64,000 nt of DNA from Bacteroidota bacterium. GTDB lineage: Bacteria; Bacteroidota; Bacteroidia; Bacteroidales; DTGW01. Shown here piece by piece: positions 51,955 through 61,522 of the stretch. Both the position numbers and the translations under genes were made by a program. Location: positions 6,628-70,627 of the forward strand of contig JAKPGM010000038.1 of the NCBI GenBank assembly GCA_029550865.1, read 5' to 3'. The notes below the pieces were generated by a model. It saw nothing but the letters and a program-made list of their open reading frames with translations, was not told the origin of the DNA and did no database searches. Every line of letters begins with the position of its first letter. Within the stretch, counting starts at the first letter, position 1.

Positions 51955-54414
51955 ATGAAGCATGTTTTTTCCTTTATATGGTTGTTGTTTTTTAACAGTC
52001 TGATGCTTTTGTATGCTCAGGATTTTAGAACCATTGATGTAGATAAGCTTACCGATGATCAAATACAGAAAATTTTGACTCGTGCCAAAGAGTCGGGAAT
52101 GAGCCAGCAACAACTCGAAGCCGCTGCACTGGCTCGTGGGATGAGTGTGGTGCAGATTGAAAAGCTTCGTAAAAGAATAGCTTTACTCAATACCACTTCA
52201 CCTCAGGTCGGTGGTACAAATAATGCTTCATCGTACCTTCGTACTTATTCCGACACCACCTACATGCATGCCATGCGAGCCGATAGTTTGAGCATGGAAC
52301 GTTTGTTATTTGATGGCTTATTGGATACTATCCCACGGAAAGTAATTTTTGGTTCATACCTTTTTACTTCGAAAAAACTAACCTTTGAACCCAGTTTTAA
52401 TATTGCTACTCCCCAGAATTATCAGCTTGGGCCGGGCGATGAAATTGTAATTGATATATGGGGTGCTTCGCAGCAGAATTATAGGCTAACTGTTAATCCC
52501 GAAGGATATATTTTTATTGATAATGTGGGACCAATTTTTGTCAATGGATTAACGATAGAAAAGGCATCCAAACAAATTATAGGAAGACTTTCGTCGATTT
52601 ATGCAGGGCTGATGGGTCCTCGCCCCAATACCTTTGCCCAGGTAAATCTGGGTAATTTGCGAAGTATTAAGGTTAATATCGTGGGTGAGGTAAATTTTCC
52701 TGGTACCTATACCTTACCTTCACTGGCAACCGTTTTTAATGCGCTATATATGGCTGGTGGACCTACCGAAAATGGTACCTATCGTGAAATAAAAATTATA
52801 CGGGAAAATAAAACAATAGCTACGGTTGACCTGTATGAATTTCTGACCACGGGGGAACAGAAAACGAATATTCGGTTACAGGATCAGGATGTCATATTAG
52901 TAAGGCCATATCTTAATAGGGTAGAGTTACTGGGAGAGGTGAAAACACCTGCTTTTTTTGAGTTGAAGGATAATGAAACCATGGCCGACCTGCTGCGCTA
53001 TTGTGGTGGGTTTACCGATAAGGCATATCAGCATCGTATTAAAGTATTACGAAAAACCGATAAAGAGTTTTCAGTTGCAGAAGTTACCCGCAATACCTTT
53101 AATACCTTTAGGTTACAGGATGGCGATCAAATAAAGGTTGAGCCGGTACTCAATCGTTTTGCCAATCGCGTTGAAATAACTGGGGCTGTTTTTCGACCAG
53201 GTATTTATGAACTTACCGAAGGTATGACGCTCAGAGAATTGATAGAGAAGGCCGATGGGCTAAGAGAGGATGCCTTTACCGACCGCGCAATTATTTATCG
53301 CTTACAGCGCGATTTAAAAACCGAAACCTATCCTGTTGATTTGCAAAAACTTCTAAGTGATTCGTCGTACAATATTACCTTACAGAAAGAAGATCTGGTG
53401 CATGTATTTTCTATTTTTGAATTGGAAGAAAAGTTTAGTATTGATGTTTCGGGTGAGGTACAAATTCCGGGTACTTTTCCGTACATGAAGAATATGACCC
53501 TTTCGGATGCTATTGCGCTTGCTGGAGGATTTAAGGAATCGGCTTCATTGGCACGGGTAGAGATTGCCCGAAGAGTTAAAAATCAGGATTACACCCGTTT
53601 AACACCCGAAATAGCCATTGTGAAACTTTTTAATGTTTCAAAAAATCTTACCCTTTCCGATTCGGCATCTGCTTTTGTACTGGAGCCCTATGATAAGATT
53701 TATATTCGTCGTAGTCCGGGGTATGAAGTACAGACGCAGGCCCAGGTGGTTGGAGAGGTTTTGTTTCCGGGGGTATATACTATTCAGTCGAAAAACGAAC
53801 GTATTTCCGATTTGGTTAAACGAAGTGGTGGTCTCACCCCTGAGGCTTATATTCGTGGGGCTCGCTTGTATCGCCAGGTGAAAGAGGATGTAAAAATGCG
53901 CACCAAGCTCATAAAATCAATCGAACAGGTGGCGGTAGAAGATTCTATTAAATTGGTAGCCTCGTTCGATAAAGAGCAATTTATAGGTATCGATCTGGAG
54001 CAAATTTTAAAAAATCCGGGCTCGAAATATGACTTGCTGTTGCAGGATAGTGATCGATTGGAGATACCCAAGCGTCTTGAAACAGTACGTTTGAGCGGTG
54101 CTTTACTTTTTCCGATAACAGTCCATTATGAAGAGGGTATGCGTTTGCGGGCATACACCAGAATGGCAGGTGGGCTGAGTCCCAATGCACTCCCCTCGAA
54201 AGCTTTTGTCATCTATCCTAATGGGAAAGTTAAAACGACTACTTCATTTTTGGGTATCAGGTTTTATCCCAGGATAGAACCGGGGTCAGAAATTATTATC
54301 CCGAAAAAGGCAGAAAAGAAGGACAAACTCACTCTCCAGGAAACTCTTGCAATTGCTACAAGTCTTTCTTCGTTGACGGTAATGATTGTTACGCTTGTCA
54401 ATCTGATAAAGTAA
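51955..54414 (+). CDS. Multi-SLBB polysaccharide export protein (Wza/KpsD-like)
   Basis: Signal peptide, YQLGPGDE, repeated V.GEV..PG.Y SLBB units and a C-terminal amphipathic helix. Confidence 0.9.
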   Translation: MKHVFSFIWLLFFNSLMLLYAQDFRTIDVDKLTDDQIQKILTRAKESGMSQQQLEAAALARGMSVVQIEKLRKRIALLNTTSPQVGGTNNASSYLRTYSDTTYMHAMRADSLSMERLLFDGLLDTIPRKVIFGSYLFTSKKLTFEPSFNIATPQNYQLGPGDEIVIDIWGASQQNYRLTVNPEGYIFIDNVGPIFVNGLTIEKASKQIIGRLSSIYAGLMGPRPNTFAQVNLGNLRSIKVNIVGEVNFPGTYTLPSLATVFNALYMAGGPTENGTYREIKIIRENKTIATVDLYEFLTTGEQKTNIRLQDQDVILVRPYLNRVELLGEVKTPAFFELKDNETMADLLRYCGGFTDKAYQHRIKVLRKTDKEFSVAEVTRNTFNTFRLQDGDQIKVEPVLNRFANRVEITGAVFRPGIYELTEGMTLRELIEKADGLREDAFTDRAIIYRLQRDLKTETYPVDLQKLLSDSSYNITLQKEDLVHVFSIFELEEKFSIDVSGEVQIPGTFPYMKNMTLSDAIALAGGFKESASLARVEIARRVKNQDYTRLTPEIAIVKLFNVSKNLTLSDSASAFVLEPYDKIYIRRSPGYEVQTQAQVVGEVLFPGVYTIQSKNERISDLVKRSGGLTPEAYIRGARLYRQVKEDVKMRTKLIKSIEQVAVEDSIKLVASFDKEQFIGIDLEQILKNPGSKYDLLLQDSDRLEIPKRLETVRLSGALLFPITVHYEEGMRLRAYTRMAGGLSPNALPSKAFVIYPNGKVKTTTSFLGIRFYPRIEPGSEIIIPKKAEKKDKLTLQETLAIATSLSSLTVMIVTLVNLIK

Positions 54415-54435
54415 TAGGAAACGAGCATTTACCTA

Positions 54436-54489
54436 ACATGTAAGTTCCATCCGACCGCTATAAAAAACTAAAAAATATTTTCGGATGAA
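54436..54489 (+). repeat. 54-bp dispersed palindromic repeat, copy 2
   Basis: 49/54 identical to 22945-22998. Confidence 0.85.
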
Positions 54490-54490
54490 T

Positions 54491-55087
54491 ATGACAAAAA
54501 CGTTTTTTTATTTATTGGTTATTGGGTATAGTCTTTGTAGTAAGGCGCAGGATGTGGATGTTCGAATATTGCAGCAAATTCATACTCCACATGTAACAGA
54601 GGCCGATGATGCCTTACATTTGCTTACCAATTCAACTACCCTGGTGTCGGCAGGTATACCTGTTGGATTGCTGACGATAGGGTGGATCAGGAACGATTCT
54701 GTAGCCATACGGAGTGCTATGGTAGTGGTTGCTACCTATGTAGTTTCGAGCGCCGTTACCCTGTCGATGAAATATGCATGGAACCGTCCTCGACCCTTTG
54801 AGGCTTATCCTCAGTATTTTGTAAAGAAAGCCAGTGCTGGAAGCCCTTCTTTTCCATCGGAACATACCAGTTTGGTATTTGCTGCGGCAACATCGCTCAG
54901 CTTGCAATATCCGCGATGGTACATCATTGTGCCTTCCTATTTATGGGCCGGAGGGGTAGCCTATTCGCGCATGCACCTGGGGGTTCATTATCCCTCCGAT
55001 GTGCTGGTGGGTGCTTTAATAGGTTCAGCCAGTGCCTATTTAAGTTATAAAGCCAATCGATGGTTACACAAAAAGTATGGGTATTAA
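54491..55087 (+). CDS. PAP2-family membrane phosphatase
   Basis: K-x4-RPRP, SFPSEH and SRMHLGVHYPSD. The alternative ATG at 54485 lies inside the repeat. Confidence 0.92.
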   Translation: MTKTFFYLLVIGYSLCSKAQDVDVRILQQIHTPHVTEADDALHLLTNSTTLVSAGIPVGLLTIGWIRNDSVAIRSAMVVVATYVVSSAVTLSMKYAWNRPRPFEAYPQYFVKKASAGSPSFPSEHTSLVFAAATSLSLQYPRWYIIVPSYLWAGGVAYSRMHLGVHYPSDVLVGALIGSASAYLSYKANRWLHKKYGY

Positions 55088-55460
55088 CAATACTGCCATG
55101 AAGAACTGGATGGATAGGGAATTGAAAAGCTTTGGTTACGCCTTTAGAGGAATAGGGCTATTTTTCAAGTCCGAAACACATGCTAAAATACATTTGATAG
55201 CAGCGATACTGGTGATTGGTATGGGGTTTTATTTTGGCTTGCAAGCCTGGGAGTGGTCACTGATAATTTTTGCCATTGGATTGGTGCTGGTCGCAGAAAT
55301 TTTCAATACTGCTGTTGAAAAGCTTACCGATAAAATATGGGCAGAACAAAATCCACAAGCAGCATTTATTAAAGATATTGCTGCTGGGGGCGTTTTAATA
55401 GCCGCTATAGCTGCTGCAATCATAGGGATAATCGTATTTGTACCCTATATTTTTCGTTAA
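55077..55460 (+). CDS. dgkA: Diacylglycerol/undecaprenol kinase family
   Basis: SFGYAFRG, E.FNTAVE..D and KD.AAG.V; three TM helices. Alternative start at 55098. Confidence 0.9.
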   Translation: MGINNTAMKNWMDRELKSFGYAFRGIGLFFKSETHAKIHLIAAILVIGMGFYFGLQAWEWSLIIFAIGLVLVAEIFNTAVEKLTDKIWAEQNPQAAFIKDIAAGGVLIAAIAAAIIGIIVFVPYIFR

Positions 55461-58312
55461 AAGGAATAATTCACTCGTAGATAGGGTTCAACTATCGTTT
55501 TATTTTTGCCAGTTAGCAATGAGTAATTATATCCCAGGCGCAAGGTTACCAGAAAGAAAAAGAGATGAAAATCGGTAAAGAGTTGATATCCGATAGCAGT
55601 ATAATGGTTACGCCAGTATGTTCGAAATTGTGGTTGATACTCGTCGGTAACTGCGGTGCTGAAGAAGAGGGATCCAGCTAATAGCTTAAAATAGAATACT
55701 TTTAATGCTGTAAAACTTCCATAGCTAAGGGGGAAGTAGTAGTCGACGGAATACTGTTGGACATTTTTCAAATATGGTTGTATGGAGTCCCAGATGGCTA
55801 CATAACCTCGTGGAGGATCGAGCCGGGTATTGTAACGGTATGGTTTGTTGTTTTGGGTTTCGTATGCCATGATAAAATTAAAAGCATGGTGTTGCCAAAA
55901 ACCTGGTAAAAAAATACTTGTCCGTGTAGCCAGCTGGGTGGCGAAATACGATTGACCGGTAAGAGGTTGGGCTACCAATAAATCCCATACTATCCCCACC
56001 TGTGGAACGAAATCTCGAGGAGCCATTCGCCGATACCCTGTCATCGAAAAGGAAAAATAAAAAGTATTTTGGTCCTGTTTGATTGCATTTTCCGTTCGGT
56101 AATAGGCGTTTGTGTATTCGTAGGTGACTTTTGGAGATATAGCCAATAATCTGGCACCAGAGCTATAGTTGAGCGGTAAGCTTATGCCAGTGTAAAATTT
56201 AAATTCTTTTTCCCGAAAAGATTCATTTTGCAAGTTTATGCGTTGAATGGTATCCCCTTGTTGTATTCCAAGTTGCACAACAGGAATATGTCCCATATAA
56301 TTTATTTCGAGCTGATTGTAAAGACTTTTATTGTAGTAACCCTGTCCACCTACGATAACGAGTGTACTTAGTAAATTTTGCGACATGATATAATAGCCTG
56401 GAAAAATTTTGGGAGATTGTAGCGAATTTTTGGGAGTATACAGGTAAAAGGGAATCCAGCTATGGATGTGGATGGCATTTTGCCAACGACGATAAGGGGT
56501 AGATTCATAGGATTTTTTGACGATATTTTTTCGATCAAATTTCATAGGTTCTTGCTGTTGTAGGGCATCGGCTAAGTTTAACGAAACATCTTTTACCTCG
56601 TCCAGGGGAATCCATGCCAATTTGGTAAGGGGCATATTAACGATTTCGTAACCCCTAAAATCGTAGTTGCAGTAAAAAAGTTTGTTTGAGACAGTATCGA
56701 AACAGGGGTCGAAGGCACCAAAACGAGCAGAAGTAAGCTGATAAACCTTTTGCGTGGTGGTATCGAAGGCAAAAATATTATCAATTCCCGAATAGGTAGC
56801 CTTAAAAAGGATATATTGTTGGGCAAATACAGGGTAGCTAATGTCATAGCTTTTTGTAGAGAGGAGTTTTTGCCACGTACCATCGGTTGTACTTAAAATC
56901 ATCAGATTTTTTCCAGCGGTATCGACCAGGGTACACACAATTTTTTTTCCATCGGACGACCACGAAGGGAGTTGTATGGCAGCATTATCGGGAGTTGGAT
57001 AGCGTTGCATCACTGCACCAGTGGTATTATTCAGCAGGGTCAAGTAATTCTTCCCATATTTATCGTTTTCGACAACAGCCAAATAATCGCCCATTGGTGA
57101 AGGGGCCGGTGCAAAGTACCGACTTTTATGGGTCAGTTGAAGCATTTGGCCACTATGGATGCTATATGCCTTGATGACCGAATATACCTCATTACCCCAA
57201 CGGGGATGCGTTTGATATTCGTCGTAATAAATGATGTCATGATAAATCGTAAACCTATCGGAGGGAATGTTACCGGTTCGTAGTAGTAAATTTTCCCTAT
57301 TATTTTTTGGGTCATAAATAATAATCCGTGGGGCATGATCGAGCCCCGATTTGAGGGCAACAATTTTGTTTTCATAGCATTGAGGGCTGCGATAAACGGT
57401 GTAGGTAACAGGAGGAATAGGAAGGGTTACAGTATAGGGGGTATATTTTACATCTTTGATTTTTTCGGACCACAGGCTATCGAGTTCGCGAAAGGTTTGT
57501 TGGTAAAGTTTTTCCCGATTGAGGCCGGTTTGTTTTTTCAAACTTATGTTAAAGGGGGCAAGGAAGGGGTTGTAGCCGATGTCGTCGAGTACATTTTCCC
57601 ACAGTTCGGGTCCATATTTCAATCGGTTGTAAGCTACCATCAGGTATCCCAGTTCGTAATGGTTGGGGACATAGTCGTCGTAGGCACCAAATACGCTTTT
57701 GCGGAATGGGTAGGGACGATGAAAGGTAAGCTGAATTGTTCTAAACCCCATTTCAAATGAGGGTAATCGGCCTCTACCTGATGAAGAGAGAGCGGTTTCG
57801 GTAACTACCGCATCGCCTTCGAGAAACCAGGGATGTGCCTGTGCTATACCGATCGACCATCCGATTTCACCAAACGCATATCGTAAAAGGCTAACATTGG
57901 CTCGTTTCAGCCTATTGAGTTGCGACCAATGACGACCCTCATGAATGGCTAACTGTTCCAACCAATCCTGTCCGTACATATCCTGCGGGGGGGGTGAATA
58001 CCATTCCATACGCGCAGGTGCTAAGGTGACAAAGCCATTGGATACGGCGTTGCGATTATGCAGAAGAATATTTAACTTTCGATGGGGCTGATTTAACGTA
58101 TTACCGGTAAGCGTAAGGGTATAATCGAGCAGAGCTGCAGCACGTTGGGCTTCAGCTTCAAAATCTTTATCATAAACAAGCCTGAATTTGTCGGTTTTAA
58201 TCTGTCGCCACTGAATACCAGGATGATCCTGACCCATTATCGTGTATTGTGCCGAGAGGGTAAAAAATATCCCCGAAAAAATGAAAAGAACAACAGCAAT
58301 AAGGTAGTTCAT
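55457..58312 (-). CDS. Outer-membrane protein: zincin domain plus TolB-like propeller plus C-terminal barrel
   Basis: Signal peptide; HEGRH...WFLEGDAV; P.PSP.G and P.WS.DG repeats; RGY motif; terminal Phe. Confidence 0.7.
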   Translation of the reverse strand: MNYLIAVVLFIFSGIFFTLSAQYTIMGQDHPGIQWRQIKTDKFRLVYDKDFEAEAQRAAALLDYTLTLTGNTLNQPHRKLNILLHNRNAVSNGFVTLAPARMEWYSPPPQDMYGQDWLEQLAIHEGRHWSQLNRLKRANVSLLRYAFGEIGWSIGIAQAHPWFLEGDAVVTETALSSSGRGRLPSFEMGFRTIQLTFHRPYPFRKSVFGAYDDYVPNHYELGYLMVAYNRLKYGPELWENVLDDIGYNPFLAPFNISLKKQTGLNREKLYQQTFRELDSLWSEKIKDVKYTPYTVTLPIPPVTYTVYRSPQCYENKIVALKSGLDHAPRIIIYDPKNNRENLLLRTGNIPSDRFTIYHDIIYYDEYQTHPRWGNEVYSVIKAYSIHSGQMLQLTHKSRYFAPAPSPMGDYLAVVENDKYGKNYLTLLNNTTGAVMQRYPTPDNAAIQLPSWSSDGKKIVCTLVDTAGKNLMILSTTDGTWQKLLSTKSYDISYPVFAQQYILFKATYSGIDNIFAFDTTTQKVYQLTSARFGAFDPCFDTVSNKLFYCNYDFRGYEIVNMPLTKLAWIPLDEVKDVSLNLADALQQQEPMKFDRKNIVKKSYESTPYRRWQNAIHIHSWIPFYLYTPKNSLQSPKIFPGYYIMSQNLLSTLVIVGGQGYYNKSLYNQLEINYMGHIPVVQLGIQQGDTIQRINLQNESFREKEFKFYTGISLPLNYSSGARLLAISPKVTYEYTNAYYRTENAIKQDQNTFYFSFSMTGYRRMAPRDFVPQVGIVWDLLVAQPLTGQSYFATQLATRTSIFLPGFWQHHAFNFIMAYETQNNKPYRYNTRLDPPRGYVAIWDSIQPYLKNVQQYSVDYYFPLSYGSFTALKVFYFKLLAGSLFFSTAVTDEYQPQFRTYWRNHYTAIGYQLFTDFHLFFFLVTLRLGYNYSLLTGKNKTIVEPYLRVNYSF

Positions 58313-58492
58313 GAGACAATAGGGCTTAATTCATGGAGGCTTTTATTACAAGGTAGGGAGCAAAATATTTTGTGTTCCATCGCAAAATACGAAAGAGAAT
58401 TTTAAAGGGATAAAATACCAGAGCACGACAAATACGAGTAATTTCTTGCTTTTCCCAAAAGGCATTATCAGTCAATTGTTCCATATCAACTC

Positions 58493-59107
58493 TTAAAAAA
58501 GTCCATGTAACTGAGCGTTAATTTTATCGATTACAAAGCTAAGGGCATCAGCATTTTCGACAAAGTTATGATTGTCGACGTCGATAATAAGCTTTTTACC
58601 CAGCTTATAATTGTCAATCCAGTCGTCGTAACGTTCGTTGAGTTTTTGAAGATAGTCGAGGCGAATAGAAGCTTCGTACTTGCGACCCCGTTTCTGAATT
58701 TGTTTTACCAGTGTTGGTACCGAAGCTTTTAAATAGATAAGCAAATCGGGTGGGGATACCATCGACGACATCAATTCGAAAAGCCCACGGTAGGTTTCAT
58801 AGTCGCGTGTAGAGATGAGCCCCATATCGTGCAGGTTAGGGGCAAAAATATAGGCATCCTCGTAAATGGTTCGGTCTTGCACTATGGTGTGTTTAGCTTT
58901 TTTGATTTTAAGAATTTGCTCAAAGCGGCTTTTAACAAAATAAATTTGAAGATTAAATGCCCATCGTTGCATATCGGCATAAAAATCGGCCAGATAAGGG
59001 TTATCGTCGACGTTTTCGAAATGGGGTTCCCAGCCATAGTGCTTAGCCAGTAATTCGGCTAATGTCGTTTTACCCGAACCTATGTTTCCTCCAATGGCTA
59101 TGTGCAT
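58493..59107 (-). CDS. Deoxynucleoside kinase
   Basis: GNIGSGKTT, QDRTIYED and RGRKYE. Confidence 0.95.
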   Translation of the reverse strand: MHIAIGGNIGSGKTTLAELLAKHYGWEPHFENVDDNPYLADFYADMQRWAFNLQIYFVKSRFEQILKIKKAKHTIVQDRTIYEDAYIFAPNLHDMGLISTRDYETYRGLFELMSSMVSPPDLLIYLKASVPTLVKQIQKRGRKYEASIRLDYLQKLNERYDDWIDNYKLGKKLIIDVDNHNFVENADALSFVIDKINAQLHGLF

Positions 59108-59165
59108 GTGTGTTTGGTTTAATAATCAAAAATAACAAAAAATATCGGTATCAAACGCGATATGA

Positions 59166-60689
59166 TTAAATTGATTCCTTCATCAAAGTTAGTAACTCTT
59201 CAACATATCGACGGTTGTTCGAAAGCCGTGGGAGTTTGTTTTGCCCACCAACTTTATTGTGGCTTACAAACCATTTATGAAAAGTACCTCTGGGAAGAAT
59301 GCGAATAATAGGTTCAGTGAGGGTTGTATCCTTGTATCGTTTTGCCTCGTAGTCGGAATTGAGTTCTTTTAGTTTATTATCGAGTAATACCCTAAACTTT
59401 GCTATATCTTCAGGGTGTTTTTCAAATTCAATCAGCCATTCGTGGCAACCTTTGTTGTTGTTACTCATAAAAACCGGGGCAACCGTATATTCGTATACGA
59501 TGCTTTGGGTATGAGCCGCAGCATAAGCAATGGCTGTGTCGGTGTTGTGTACCATAAGCTCTTCGCCAAAAACGTTGAGATAGTGTTTAGTACGACCGGT
59601 AATGATAATTTTATAGGGTTTGACAGCTGTAAACATTACGGTATCACCGATGATATATCGCCAGAGCCCACCATTGGTTGAAATGACCACTACATAATTG
59701 ACATGAGGTTTTACATCGGCCAGAGGTATAGCATGTAGGTATCCTTTTTGGTAATCGTCCATAGCGATAAACTCATAAAAAATTCCATAGTCGAGCATCA
59801 ATAATAAACCGCTATCAGTAGGGTCATCCTGTATCCCAAAAAATCCTTCAGAGGCATTATACGTTTCGAGGTAATGCATCTTATCCGATGGGATTATCTG
59901 ACGAAATTGTTCGCGGTAGGGTTCGAAGTTCACCCCACCATGCATAAAAAGCTCCAGATTAGGCCAAATTTCCAGAATATTTGTTTTTCCAGTGTAGGCA
60001 AGCAGTTTTTGTAAAAAAACAAGGTTCCAGGAGGGGACTCCAGCAAAGCCAGTAACATTTTGTCGGGCAACAATGGGAAGCATACGAGCAATTTTTATTT
60101 CCCAGTCGGCAATCAGGGCAATTTTTCGGGGAGGGGTACGAAAATAATTTGCCCAGCGAGGAATATTCTGCAACAAAATAGCCGATAAATCGCCGCAACG
60201 TACCTTATGTCCGGCATGGTCGATCTGGTGACTCCCGCCAAGGGTAAACGTTTTCCCAGAAAAAAGTTTCGAAGAAGTATTGTTACGGAAATATAATAGC
60301 AATACGTCGGCGCCTCCGCGATAATGGCATCGATTGAGCGCTTCAGCTGTTACTGGTATGAACTTGCTTTTATCGTTAGTAGTGCCTGACGATCGTGCCA
60401 TCCAGAATATTTTGCCTGGCCAGAGTACATTTTTTTCTCCGTGCCGTATTTTTTCAATCCAGGGGTGTAGCTCTTCGTAATGAACTAACGGCACCCGCTG
60501 TTGAAAATCTGTATAGCTACGAATGTGTTTAAATTGATATTGATTGCCATATTGCGTATGTTGTGCAGTGTGCAAAAGCTGATGGAGGGTTTTTTCCTGT
60601 ATTTCCCAGCCTCGTTCATCATACTTTTCTATGGCACGAAGACGATACTGGTTGAGTTTCAGGAATAATCGTTCAAACGGGATAGTCAT
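59166..60689 (-). CDS. GH3 (auxin-responsive) family acyl-amido synthetase-like protein
   Basis: SSGTT...KFIP, YNASEG, GLWRYIIGD and GGQNKLPR. Confidence 0.92.
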   Translation of the reverse strand: MTIPFERLFLKLNQYRLRAIEKYDERGWEIQEKTLHQLLHTAQHTQYGNQYQFKHIRSYTDFQQRVPLVHYEELHPWIEKIRHGEKNVLWPGKIFWMARSSGTTNDKSKFIPVTAEALNRCHYRGGADVLLLYFRNNTSSKLFSGKTFTLGGSHQIDHAGHKVRCGDLSAILLQNIPRWANYFRTPPRKIALIADWEIKIARMLPIVARQNVTGFAGVPSWNLVFLQKLLAYTGKTNILEIWPNLELFMHGGVNFEPYREQFRQIIPSDKMHYLETYNASEGFFGIQDDPTDSGLLLMLDYGIFYEFIAMDDYQKGYLHAIPLADVKPHVNYVVVISTNGGLWRYIIGDTVMFTAVKPYKIIITGRTKHYLNVFGEELMVHNTDTAIAYAAAHTQSIVYEYTVAPVFMSNNNKGCHEWLIEFEKHPEDIAKFRVLLDNKLKELNSDYEAKRYKDTTLTEPIIRILPRGTFHKWFVSHNKVGGQNKLPRLSNNRRYVEELLTLMKESI

Positions 60690-60823
60690 AGCACGCACGT
60701 TTTGCCAAAAATAACAGAAAATATTTAATTCTTTTGCTCAAATGTGTTAAATCACGACATACAATTTTGATTTTGGGCAAGTAATGTTGTAATTTTAGGG
60801 TGAAAAACTAAAGGAACACAATT

Positions 60824-61372
60824 ATGGGAAAGATATTGGTACATTTAGCCGATGGTTTCGAAGAGATAGAAGCCATCGCCCCTATCGATATACTGCGTCG
60901 TGGGGGATGTGATGTGCTCACCGTATCGGTTATGGGGCGCAAGGAGGTGACATCGTCTCGGGGCGTGACGGTATTGGCCGATGTACTTTTTTCGGAAGCT
61001 TTATATGCCGATGCAGATATGCTTGTTTTGCCAGGTGGTATGCCAGGTACTAAAAATTTGAAAGAACATAAAGGTTTACAAGCAATGCTACTGCAGGCTT
61101 ATCAAACCGGAAAATGGATAGCTGCTATATGCGCAGCCCCAACTATCCTGGGGGGATTGGGTTTATTAAAAGGCAAAAAGGCAACCTGCTTTCCCGGCAT
61201 GGAAGATGAACTAACGGGCGCTGTGGTTACGGGTGCTTTTGTAGAACAGGATGGCAAAATTATTACTGCGAAAGGCGCAGGTGTGGCTACCGATTTCGGA
61301 TTTAGGCTCCTGAAATATGCAAAAGACGAAAAAACGGCTCTGGATGTAAAGGCAAAGATGCAGTTCCCGTGA
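60824..61372 (+). CDS. DJ-1/ThiJ/YajL family protein
   Basis: GFEEIEA, LPGGMPG and AAICAAP. Confidence 0.94.
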   Translation: MGKILVHLADGFEEIEAIAPIDILRRGGCDVLTVSVMGRKEVTSSRGVTVLADVLFSEALYADADMLVLPGGMPGTKNLKEHKGLQAMLLQAYQTGKWIAAICAAPTILGGLGLLKGKKATCFPGMEDELTGAVVTGAFVEQDGKIITAKGAGVATDFGFRLLKYAKDEKTALDVKAKMQFP

Positions 61373-61522
61373 TTGTTTGTGAATTTTCATGTTTTAAGGT
61401 TATTGTTTGTATATCAGGGTGCTTTTTATAATGCATGGAAGAAAATAGGTAAGGATGCCTGCGAAAGAAGGGGAGTTTTAGAGAAGGCATTAGGAAAGCA
61501 AAAATCCCTAATTTTTTAAAAT

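Noticed and set aside
43344-55460. Convergent genes sharing TTAA stop overlaps (43344-47, 55457-60)
   Set aside because: A common compact arrangement with no further signal.
57987-57994. G8/C8 tract as a phase-variation switch
   Set aside because: It encodes Pro-Pro-Pro in frame, and one 8-mer in 64 kb is not clearly above chance.
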